From a virus (taxonomy: Duplodnaviria > Caudoviricetes), in IMG/VR virus record IMGVR_UViG_2894657497_000001, positions 25,820-89,819 of that record: a stretch of 64,000 nt of DNA; one strand, 5' to 3'. Position numbers and translations under genes: made by a program. Positions 9,045-17,510 of this stretch are shown piece by piece (within the stretch, counting starts at the first letter, position 1; each line of letters opens with the position of its first letter). The notes beneath the pieces were generated by a model. That model was not told the DNA's origin and searched no databases. It saw only the letters and a program-made list of their open reading frames with translations.

Positions 9045-12000
9045 ATGATCTCACTGATTAAGAGAATTTTAACCAAATCCCAAATGTCGCTTTTCGACTG
9101 GACCCCTACCCATGAAGAAACCAGGGCGAGACAGGGATATACCAGACATACCGCATCGGGCGCCGCCGTGCAGGTGAAACCCACCATGGCGAAAGTAACG
9201 GTCAGGGGCGGTGATGGGGAAGACCTCCACCACGGGCAGAAGGTCTACTACCGGATGCCGGGTCAACCGCGCAAAAAAAAGGGCACCATCGTCAGCGGCA
9301 GCCACGAGGCCGGCTTTGTTATCCAGCCGAACAGGGAAGGATACGTGTTCCACCCGCCCAAGATATCGGCGCACCGTGATCACATATGGACCCCCGACGA
9401 GCACCAGGCAGAATCGGCCAAAAGCAATATCCGGGAGACGACCTCGGGAGGCGGCAGCACCATCAGCGCCGACGAGAGCAAACGCAGGGCCGAAATCGGC
9501 CAGCAGAGGGCACAACTGTCTGAGGCCGAGGTACTACAGCACCCCGCCTTTGTTAAGCGCATGCGGGCGGTCCTGTCGCATCTGGCGGGCACAAACGGAT
9601 TCAACCCCCACTTTGTAGAGGCCAACGGCGTCCTGCACAACGACGATCCTGACGCCAACGAGCTCTACAGCGAATATATCACGGCGGCCATGAACTCCTA
9701 CCGCACCGAAACCAGCAAGGCCCCCCAGGCGGACCTCGACGAACTCAAGGCAAACCTTGAAGGCAAGAGCAAAGAGAGCCGGATACTCCTATCCATGACC
9801 CGCGCCGGCAAGACGGCGGCCCTGCGCCACCTCATGGATAACAAGGAGCGCCAGCAGAACGAGAACTCCTATGACTCGGGAGCAGAGGACGACTTCGAGA
9901 GCGGGATGCAGGGACTCTCCGGCGCCGTAGTCGAGAAAAAGGGAGAGCAGGCGACGGCCTCCGACAAGGCCCAACTGGAAACCGGCATCCTCCGCCAACT
10001 GAAGCGCATGGACGACCCCATCGCCGAAGCGATAGTCAAAATGAAATTCGGCCTCGGAAACTTCGAGCACGGATACAAGGAGTCGGATATTGCCGCGGCT
10101 CTGAACCGGAAGCGGATACCGGCACCGGACGGCGATGCCTGGGACAAGGAGCAGGTACAGACCCGGATGAAGACCGCGCTGGGGCAACTGGCCCGCACCA
10201 AGGGCGCACAGGAACTCCGCGGATTTCTCAAAAGCATGAAAGCGCTCGAAACGCTCCGCAAGGCCGAGAGCCAGAATACCGTTTGCGTGGATTTTGACGG
10301 CGTCATAGCGGACTACTCGCAGGGTTTCCAAGGAGCCGATATATTCGGGGCGCCGATCAAAGATCCCGGTACCGGTCTCACGGCAGCCGATGTGCTATCG
10401 GAACTCAAAGCCAATGGATGGAAGGTGATCATATTCACCACCAGGCAGGACACCCCTGCCCTGCGCGATTACCTCGCCATGGCCGGCGTGCCATACGACG
10501 AGATCAACACCAACAGCGACCAGCCGGAGGGCACCAACCCCGGGAAGCCGATAGCAGACGCCTACCTCGATGACCGGGCGGTGCGTTTTACCTCGTGGGA
10601 CAAAGCAGCGCGGGATCTCAAAACCATCAACAAGAGCGTCCGCATGGTCGGATCGGCCAAGCTGTACGACCTCATGGACCGGTTCCTGCTGATCAAATCC
10701 CATGTGCGCCAATATGTGCGTCAGGACGGCAGCGTCGTTCAGGCCCACGACGACAAGCGTATCAAGAAGCACCAGGACATCCTCCGGCACCAGAACGAGC
10801 ACCACGAAGAGATCCACACCGGGGCCACGATCAAGCACGGCGACGAACTGGCAGAGCACCTCAAGAACCAGGGATGGAAAGCCCGCGAGGTCCACCCCGT
10901 CGAGAAGGACGAAAAGGCCAAGCCCGGCAAGAAGGAAGACATGCCGGAGCATGAGGAAATCCAGGCCAAGAACCGGGACAACCCCGCCCTTCAAACCGCA
11001 GAACGGGGCATGAAAAAGATGCGCGAGGCGGCCCTTGCCAGCGACGACCCGGCAGCGGTACTGCACACCATGAATACCTCCCGGTCGAACACCTACACGG
11101 CGGCGGTAGACGACTACCGGGAGAAGCTGCTCAACCACCTGGGGTACAAGGTCAACCGGGACAAGACCGCCACCAAATACGACAAGGACGGGCACACGCT
11201 CATCATGTCGAAGGATGGCGACAAGCATACCATCCACTTTGCCGGGGGTGATGCCGCCGCCAAGGACAAGGCCATCGGCAACCTGCAGGGCAAGAAGGAG
11301 GTCCAGAGCGTCGACACGGGCAAGAAGACGCTGACGTTTACCTTCGGCAAGGACGACAAGTCCTATACCGCCAAACTGAATCCGGTCCACAGCAAATATG
11401 CGCTGGTGGAGGCCGACGACCTGACGACGAGCCACACGATCCAGGGGCACGTCAATAAGGCATACCCCCAGGAAATCCAGCCGAGGGAGCGCGAACGCCT
11501 GTCCAGCCAGATGCAGATGGCGAACATGATGAACGACATCAAGCCCGAGCTATTCACCGGCGCCGGCATGGCCGCCCACGGCGCCCCCATCGTCGGCAAG
11601 GACGGAGCAGTGGAGTCGGGGAACGGTCGCACCATCGCGCTGGCCGAGGCGTACCAGCGCGGTCTGGCCGATCACTACAAGGAGCATATCAAAAAGAACG
11701 CCGCAGATTTTGGCCTGAAACCGGAAGACGTCGACAAGATGAAAAACCCGGTGCTGGTCAGGGTGAGGAACGACGACGATCCGAACACGGACCGGGCAGA
11801 GTTCGCCCGGGAGGCCAACGACACCGGGAATCTCGGTTCCTCGCCGGCAGAACAGGCATGGACCGACGCCAGCAGGATCGACGACACGCTGCTCAAGAAG
11901 TTCATGGTCGACGAAGACGGGGAAGTCTACAACGACGACAACATGGAATTTATCAACGGATTCCTCGATAAGCTGGGCAAGAACGAGGCAGCCGGCCTCC

Positions 12001-14165
12001 GTGACGCCGATGGCGACCCGAACAAGAAATGCATCGAGCGGATACAAAACGCGGTATTTACGAAGGTGTACGGAAGCTCCGTGCTGACCGAATTGCAGGC
12101 CGAGAGTGCGAAGCCGAAGATACGGAACGTCATGAAGGCGCTCAACGCATGCGTCCCCGACTTTGCCCAGACGCAGGGGCATGACGACCTGGATGTGGTG
12201 CCGGACATGATGGAGGCCATAGAGTACACCATGGCCCACCAGAGCGAGAGCCGGGCCGAACTGGAACACAACCTGCGGAATGCCGGCGCTCTGGATTTCA
12301 CCGGAGACACGCCGAAATTCAAAACTGATTTCGCAGTGGACATGATACTGGCCGTGGCCGACCGCACCGGATCCAGGAACCGCCTGGAGAACGTGTTCCG
12401 GGCGATCAGCAACGGGATAAAGGACGAGGTCGCCAGCAGGGAGAACCCAGAGGTGGATATGTTCTCCGGGCCGGCCAAGCCGAAGACCAAACAGCAGGTG
12501 GTAAAGCAGGCGCTTGACAAGGTGAGCCATTCCGATGAAGGTGTCAGGAAGTCATTGTGCGCCGCAGGCTTATACCTACTCACGAAAACCAAGGGAGGGA
12601 CATATGGCAGAACTGACCGAAGCACAGAAGTATGCCCGCAAGTCGAAACTGTTGCAAAAAGCACTGGCCGACGCGGACAAGATGGACGCAGCCGACAAGA
12701 AAAAAGCAACGGCGGAGAAGGCAAAGAAGAAACCGGAGACTGCGGCAAAGAAGGAGCAGTAGAACATCACTGCACAAAGAATACTTGCCCATCTTGTGGG
12801 TCGGAAACGACCTGCCGATGCATCAGAACCCCAAAAACCAAAGTCAAAATAACGCATGAACAGTGCTATTACTGCAAAACAGGTGAGCCCCGAGGCCCCC
12901 TGTTTAAAGCCGAATGTTCAGGCGTGTACCTGCTGCGCAAGAGCAACCCGAACCATGGCGAACATGGCAGGTTCGCAACAGGTAGCACCACGAAAACAAA
13001 CGGTCCTAACTACCTCTCCCCCACGGCAGAAACCAAAATTGGTCGTGGGATGGAAATTGCCAGAATGCTGAAACCACTCAATGTCCCCGACCTATATAAC
13101 AGCAACAATGTCACCATGGAAGAAGCGAAAAGCATAGGGACGCAATACTATAGGCTGAAATTGATGCCAACACCGATAAACAGCCCGGCATTTAATGGTG
13201 CCCCCATCAGATTTACTGAAACAGGATTGGCACATTTGCTTGGCAAGCACATGCGAGAAATACCGGAAGCCAGCATAAAAAGAAGGCTCAAATTGCTTCC
13301 GAAAGTTAAAGCAACACTCGAAACAACACCGTTCGTAGATGAAATTCGAGACAGGGCAGATGGGGCAAAAGAGTATGGTCTGCTCGGAAGGTTCACAGAC
13401 GGAGAAGTAATACGGGTGGCATTGGAAGAAAAGGTTGTCGGGGAAAGAACTTTCTTGACGGTATACGATTGGGAGGACGTAAGTAAAAAAATCAAGCGGG
13501 AATCCCAGCCGAACCCGCTCGCGGATGGCGCACTTCGTGGGGTGGGCGTGGCACCACATGCAACCATCCAAGACAATATTACCAAATCCACAATTTTGTG
13601 CAAGAGCAAAAACATCACCTTCAACTATGTGATTTTATCGGAAGAACTGTACCTCATCAGAAGAAAGGCACCGACCCCAAATGATGCCGCAGTTCGACAT
13701 CCCGAGTTCTTGATCAAGGCCCGCCCCCTCCATGGCCGCATAGACTTCAACGGCCTGAAAGTGAGCGTCGAGAACCGCATGGGCAGCATCCGGCAGTGGG
13801 AGGATCCGAACAACGGCGAAAACGGCATGACCAGGATGAAACGGCCATATGGGTACGTCAAAGGTACGCTCGGCGTCGATGGCGACCATTACGACGTCTA
13901 TGTCGGGCCGGACCGGGAGGCCCCCAACGTTTATATCATCACCCAAATGAAGGCCCCGGAATTCGCCGAAGTGGACGAGGAAAAGGCTCTGCTCGGATTC
14001 CCCAGCCAGGAGGACGCCGAAAAGTTCTACCTACAGCACTACAATGACCCGAGATTCTTGGGCAAGATAACGCCCATGCCGTTCGAGGAATTCAAGGCCC
14101 AGGTGATGACAACCAGGGCAAACCCCAGGCTGCTGGCGGAAGGCATTGGTACGCCCGCTGCGTAG
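9045..14165 (+). CDS. Large polyvalent virion protein (sigma-like HTH, HAD hydrolase, DdrB-like ParB, RelE/BECR-like nuclease, inorganic-pyrophosphatase-like domain)
   Basis: VKMKFGL...ESDIAAAL; CVDFDG...KP.AD.YLDD; YALVEADDL...QPR...APIV...ESGNGR; IRFTETGLAHL; VSVEN..GS.R...YGY..GT.G.DGDH.DV...DEEK.LLGF; start placed downstream of the promoter. Confidence 0.8.
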   Translation: MISLIKRILTKSQMSLFDWTPTHEETRARQGYTRHTASGAAVQVKPTMAKVTVRGGDGEDLHHGQKVYYRMPGQPRKKKGTIVSGSHEAGFVIQPNREGYVFHPPKISAHRDHIWTPDEHQAESAKSNIRETTSGGGSTISADESKRRAEIGQQRAQLSEAEVLQHPAFVKRMRAVLSHLAGTNGFNPHFVEANGVLHNDDPDANELYSEYITAAMNSYRTETSKAPQADLDELKANLEGKSKESRILLSMTRAGKTAALRHLMDNKERQQNENSYDSGAEDDFESGMQGLSGAVVEKKGEQATASDKAQLETGILRQLKRMDDPIAEAIVKMKFGLGNFEHGYKESDIAAALNRKRIPAPDGDAWDKEQVQTRMKTALGQLARTKGAQELRGFLKSMKALETLRKAESQNTVCVDFDGVIADYSQGFQGADIFGAPIKDPGTGLTAADVLSELKANGWKVIIFTTRQDTPALRDYLAMAGVPYDEINTNSDQPEGTNPGKPIADAYLDDRAVRFTSWDKAARDLKTINKSVRMVGSAKLYDLMDRFLLIKSHVRQYVRQDGSVVQAHDDKRIKKHQDILRHQNEHHEEIHTGATIKHGDELAEHLKNQGWKAREVHPVEKDEKAKPGKKEDMPEHEEIQAKNRDNPALQTAERGMKKMREAALASDDPAAVLHTMNTSRSNTYTAAVDDYREKLLNHLGYKVNRDKTATKYDKDGHTLIMSKDGDKHTIHFAGGDAAAKDKAIGNLQGKKEVQSVDTGKKTLTFTFGKDDKSYTAKLNPVHSKYALVEADDLTTSHTIQGHVNKAYPQEIQPRERERLSSQMQMANMMNDIKPELFTGAGMAAHGAPIVGKDGAVESGNGRTIALAEAYQRGLADHYKEHIKKNAADFGLKPEDVDKMKNPVLVRVRNDDDPNTDRAEFAREANDTGNLGSSPAEQAWTDASRIDDTLLKKFMVDEDGEVYNDDNMEFINGFLDKLGKNEAAGLRDADGDPNKKCIERIQNAVFTKVYGSSVLTELQAESAKPKIRNVMKALNACVPDFAQTQGHDDLDVVPDMMEAIEYTMAHQSESRAELEHNLRNAGALDFTGDTPKFKTDFAVDMILAVADRTGSRNRLENVFRAISNGIKDEVASRENPEVDMFSGPAKPKTKQQVVKQALDKVSHSDEGVRKSLCAAGLYLLTKTKGGTYGRTDRSTEVCPQVETVAKSTGRRGQDGRSRQEKSNGGEGKEETGDCGKEGAVEHHCTKNTCPSCGSETTCRCIRTPKTKVKITHEQCYYCKTGEPRGPLFKAECSGVYLLRKSNPNHGEHGRFATGSTTKTNGPNYLSPTAETKIGRGMEIARMLKPLNVPDLYNSNNVTMEEAKSIGTQYYRLKLMPTPINSPAFNGAPIRFTETGLAHLLGKHMREIPEASIKRRLKLLPKVKATLETTPFVDEIRDRADGAKEYGLLGRFTDGEVIRVALEEKVVGERTFLTVYDWEDVSKKIKRESQPNPLADGALRGVGVAPHATIQDNITKSTILCKSKNITFNYVILSEELYLIRRKAPTPNDAAVRHPEFLIKARPLHGRIDFNGLKVSVENRMGSIRQWEDPNNGENGMTRMKRPYGYVKGTLGVDGDHYDVYVGPDREAPNVYIITQMKAPEFAEVDEEKALLGFPSQEDAEKFYLQHYNDPRFLGKITPMPFEEFKAQVMTTRANPRLLAEGIGTPAA
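12604..12762 (+). CDS. Small Lys/Ala-rich ORF nested out of frame inside the polyvalent gene
   Basis: AGGGAGGG RBS then ATG; MAELTEAQKYARKSKLLQKALAD... Confidence 0.45.
   Translation: MAELTEAQKYARKSKLLQKALADADKMDAADKKKATAEKAKKKPETAAKKEQ
13485..13603 (-). ncRNA. Candidate antisense small RNA (about 85 nt) with its own promoter and terminator
   Basis: TTGCAC-16-TAATAT with extended TG; GGATGG/CCATCC stem; AGCGGG/CCCGCT hairpin followed by a T7 tract. Confidence 0.5.
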
Positions 14166-14192
14166 CGCATACCAAACAAAGGAGGTGTTGCC

Positions 14193-14600
14193 GTGAACTG
14201 CAACGAATGTACGACCCACTGCATAAAATGCGACGACTTTGAAAACCAGGTAGACGGAGAAGCAGATATCACCACCCTTAAGGACATCAGAAAAACGCTG
14301 ATGCAGCACAAGGTCCAGACCGATGGCAGCCTGTCGGGCAAGATCGCCGATTGGTTGACCTCGAAGATCGGCACGATGGCCTGCATTTACCTGTTCACGA
14401 TTTTTGTGAGCATCCCCTTTATCTTCCCGAAGACCCTGGAAATCGTCCAGTTCGTCGGTGGAACGTACATCCCCCTGGTGCTCATGCCGCTGATTATGGT
14501 CGCCAGCAACCGCACCGACAAAATCCGCGAGATCAGAGCAGAGCGGGAATACCGCATCCTCCTGGTGTCAGACCGGATCGACGAAGTGATGGGAGATTAA
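14193..14600 (+). CDS. DUF1003-like membrane protein
   Basis: GGAGG RBS; KIADWLT..IGT and PLIMVASNR; two TM segments. Confidence 0.65.
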   Translation: MNCNECTTHCIKCDDFENQVDGEADITTLKDIRKTLMQHKVQTDGSLSGKIADWLTSKIGTMACIYLFTIFVSIPFIFPKTLEIVQFVGGTYIPLVLMPLIMVASNRTDKIREIRAEREYRILLVSDRIDEVMGD

Positions 14601-14602
14601 AA

Positions 14603-15079
14603 ATGGCAGGCAAGATGATCAAACGCACCCTGACCGAGATAGTGGTGGTGCCCGAGCACGGCGAGCGTACCGAATCGGCGGAGTTCCGCAGGACCAAAAA
14701 GAGGCTCAAAGCAGACGGGCATTTCAAATGCTGGGTATGCGGAGCCACGGAGGATATCGAGGTCCACCACTACGGCGGCGAGTGGAGCCTGAGTAATGAT
14801 ATCGACTTTGCAAAGCTCAAGGAGTTTTGCGAGGAATGGGACGTGTACGGGTATGGCCGTCTGCTCAAGGCCCAGCCGATCACGACCGTAGACGATATCC
14901 GAAACGCAATGTGCCTGTGCAGGGAGCACCACACCTCTGACGGCAACGACGGAGTCAACAACGGGATCCACTTTATAACCTTCCCCATCTGGATCGCCCA
15001 GCGGCTGGCCAAGGCCGGGGAGAGCCCGGTACCGGACGACACCGCAGACCTCAAAGAAGAACTGGCAAAAGCAGACTGA
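14603..15079 (+). CDS. HNH-like nuclease-fold protein
   Basis: CWVCG...EVHH...LCREHH. Confidence 0.65.
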   Translation: MAGKMIKRTLTEIVVVPEHGERTESAEFRRTKKRLKADGHFKCWVCGATEDIEVHHYGGEWSLSNDIDFAKLKEFCEEWDVYGYGRLLKAQPITTVDDIRNAMCLCREHHTSDGNDGVNNGIHFITFPIWIAQRLAKAGESPVPDDTADLKEELAKAD

Positions 15080-15080
15080 T

Positions 15081-15401
15081 ATGGAGGCACTCGCACACGC
15101 GCAAATAAGCCGGCACGCATGGAAACGGTTTGTCGAACGCTGGGAGGGGGAGCGCCCCCTCTGCTACAGGCAGGAACTGCAACGCTTGATGGAAGCCGCT
15201 TGGGAGGAAGACCTGGGATATGGCGCCACGGTGAGGATGATCAAAAACGGATTTTCTCCGGCCCGCTATTTTACCACCGAGGGATGGCGATTCGTTACCG
15301 ACGAAGAGGTAAGCAAGATACTGACGATAGAGCGGTCATACCTTGGGTACAAGAAGCCAAACCGCAAGATGCGGGACAAGAAGCGCTACGGGAAACGGTA
15401 A
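15081..15401 (+). CDS. Hypothetical protein (ISRHA..RF.ER, possible RelE/BECR-like fold)
   Basis: N-terminal motif and KILTI strand. Confidence 0.5.
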   Translation: MEALAHAQISRHAWKRFVERWEGERPLCYRQELQRLMEAAWEEDLGYGATVRMIKNGFSPARYFTTEGWRFVTDEEVSKILTIERSYLGYKKPNRKMRDKKRYGKR

Positions 15402-15415
15402 CGGGGAGACAAATA

Positions 15416-15446
15416 GTTTGACATACGCTACACCCGCCAATACCAT
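15416..15446 (+). promoter_or_regulatory. Sigma70-like promoter overlapped by the 17-bp motif
   Basis: TTGACA(15418)-17 bp-TACCAT(15441). Confidence 0.75.
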
Positions 15447-15471
15447 GAACATAACCAATGGGGAGGTGGTA

Positions 15472-15765
15472 ATGAGCAATTGCAAGCTGGAGCGTAATAA
15501 GCTGATCCCACAAGTAATAGCAGAGACAGATAACAGCTTCAAAGGCAAGCCGGTATCGGCAGTTGAATGGTGCGAACGTTTTCAGGAAAACATGGATAAG
15601 TTCGCACAGAAAAACTGGCTCGTGTCCAATAACAGCATCCCGGTAGATCTCGGGGTGCTCAAGAAGTTCATGGCAGACCAAGGCATGCTGCCGACACAGT
15701 TCGGGCAAATAGTCATTCACTGCAGCCCGAAGGATGTAAAGAAGGTCGAGTTTAAAAGCGTTTAG
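15472..15765 (+). CDS. Hypothetical protein
   Basis: GGAGGT RBS directly after the promoter. Confidence 0.6.
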   Translation: MSNCKLERNKLIPQVIAETDNSFKGKPVSAVEWCERFQENMDKFAQKNWLVSNNSIPVDLGVLKKFMADQGMLPTQFGQIVIHCSPKDVKKVEFKSV

Positions 15766-15821
15766 GCCCGGCCATAACAACTGAATAGCGGTTATTTAGA
15801 CTCGCCAATGGCGATCACCTG

Positions 15822-15865
15822 AACCCGGAAACAGCACGAAACACCGTGCCGTCTCCGGGTTTTTT
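15822..15865 (+). terminator. Intrinsic terminator immediately upstream of the prohead protease gene
   Basis: AACCCGGA.AC.GCACG / CGTGC.GT.TCCGGGTT stem followed by a T tract. Confidence 0.65.
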
Positions 15866-15881
15866 CGTTCCGAGGTAGCAG

Positions 15882-16775
15882 ATGGAAGACAGCCAAGTCC
15901 TATTCGAAATGCCGGTGGAGATGGAGCTACGCAAGAGCGGAGACGGGAACCGCCGCATCGTGCGCGGCTACGCATCGACCGAATCCATGGATCAGGACGG
16001 CGAGACGATCCTGCAGAAGGGAATCGACTTCTCCCCCCTGCTTAAATCCGGATTCATCAACTACGACCACCAGTACCGCGACATATGCGGCGCGAAGATG
16101 CCGATCATCATCGGTTACCCCATCAAGGCCGAGATCCGCGACAAGGGGCTCTGGGTCGAAAGCGAACTGCTCAAGAGCACCGATGCCGGCGACGTGACCA
16201 GCGAGCAACTGCGCCTTGCCGACGAGATGTGGGCGCTCGGTATGGCCCTGAAAAAGTCAGGGACCAGAAGCCTGGCGTATTCGGTCGAGGGCGGCGTGCT
16301 GCAACGCAAGGGAAAGAAGATCGTCAAGTCCGTGGTGAAACATTGCGCGCTCACGCACAAGCCGGTCAACCCGGAGGCAACGGTCGAACTGTTCGCAAAG
16401 TCGCTCTGCTGCGGTCGCTGCAACCCGGAGAGCCCGCTGTTTATCCCGGGGCACTCCTGTGGTGATCACGCCCCGGTTTCCAAAGAGGACCGGGAGAACA
16501 TCAGTAAGGCCCTGGATACCACGAATGGCGCCCCGCTCATGCGGGAAAACCTCGACAGGGGCATTACGTGCCTGCTGTACGGCGACACCAACTGCGGATG
16601 CTGCAATGGCAACGGGAAATTCATAAACGGCATGCAGGGGGCAGTAGAGCACCTCCAGAAATGCCGCGGCGCGTCCAGGGACGAGAGCCTCAACTTCCTG
16701 CGGAGACTTATCACCGGATCCGCATACAACCCTGACCTCGCCGGAATAGTTAAACAGGCAGGAATCGTCACATAA
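15882..16775 (+). CDS. Prohead protease
   Basis: IVRGYAST...DQDGE...INYDH...YSVEG...ALTHKPVN. Confidence 0.9.
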   Translation: MEDSQVLFEMPVEMELRKSGDGNRRIVRGYASTESMDQDGETILQKGIDFSPLLKSGFINYDHQYRDICGAKMPIIIGYPIKAEIRDKGLWVESELLKSTDAGDVTSEQLRLADEMWALGMALKKSGTRSLAYSVEGGVLQRKGKKIVKSVVKHCALTHKPVNPEATVELFAKSLCCGRCNPESPLFIPGHSCGDHAPVSKEDRENISKALDTTNGAPLMRENLDRGITCLLYGDTNCGCCNGNGKFINGMQGAVEHLQKCRGASRDESLNFLRRLITGSAYNPDLAGIVKQAGIVT

Positions 16776-16792
16776 AACCAGGAGGAACCAAG

Positions 16793-17482
16793 ATGGTAAA
16801 AGATCAGACGGCCTTGAAAAAGGCAATGGCAGAACTCGATGCAATCGAGAAGTCTGTCTCCGGCGAGCAGGAAAGCGAAATCGACACGCTCACCAAATCG
16901 CTGGAAGACGAACTCGGAGGCGCAGCAGCCGCGCAGGCGGACCTCGCCAAAAGCACTGCGAGCGATGATGACAAGGGCGCAGAACCGGAGCCGGAAAACG
17001 ACTCGGACGCGGACGACGACGTTGAGAAATCCCAGCAGAGCGCCGCGTTCTCCGAAGAGCTGGTCAAGGCGAGCGAAATGTACGCCACCCTGACGAAATC
17101 CGTTCAGGACGGCATGGACACCACCATCGGAGCCCTCGATGTGATCCGCAAATCCCTGGCCGCATCCCTGAACCTCCAGATCAAGACCGCCCAGGTCGTC
17201 GGGATGTTGGTCAAAGCCATGCCGGATACCGACAGCCTCGAAGGGATCAAGAAGTCCATCGATTCCCTGGCTGGCGGCGCGGTAATCCCCAACAAGGCGG
17301 TTTTGGGAATGGGCGAAGCCGAGCATATCGAAAAGAGCGAGAAGACCAACAGCGAGGTCCGGGAAGCGCTCAACAAGGCGGTCGATGAAGGCCGGGTCGC
17401 CGCAGGATACCTCTCGGTGTTCGGAACGTACAGAGATGTCAACCGTCTCCCCGAAGACGTAAGAAAAGAAATCGGCTTCTAG
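16793..17482 (+). CDS. Capsid scaffold-like protein
   Basis: Acidic and helical, between protease and capsid; about 12 [LIV]xK[SA] motifs. Confidence 0.7.
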   Translation: MVKDQTALKKAMAELDAIEKSVSGEQESEIDTLTKSLEDELGGAAAAQADLAKSTASDDDKGAEPEPENDSDADDDVEKSQQSAAFSEELVKASEMYATLTKSVQDGMDTTIGALDVIRKSLAASLNLQIKTAQVVGMLVKAMPDTDSLEGIKKSIDSLAGGAVIPNKAVLGMGEAEHIEKSEKTNSEVREALNKAVDEGRVAAGYLSVFGTYRDVNRLPEDVRKEIGF

Positions 17483-17510
17483 CCGGAACCAACAAGGAGG
17501 AACACAGCAC

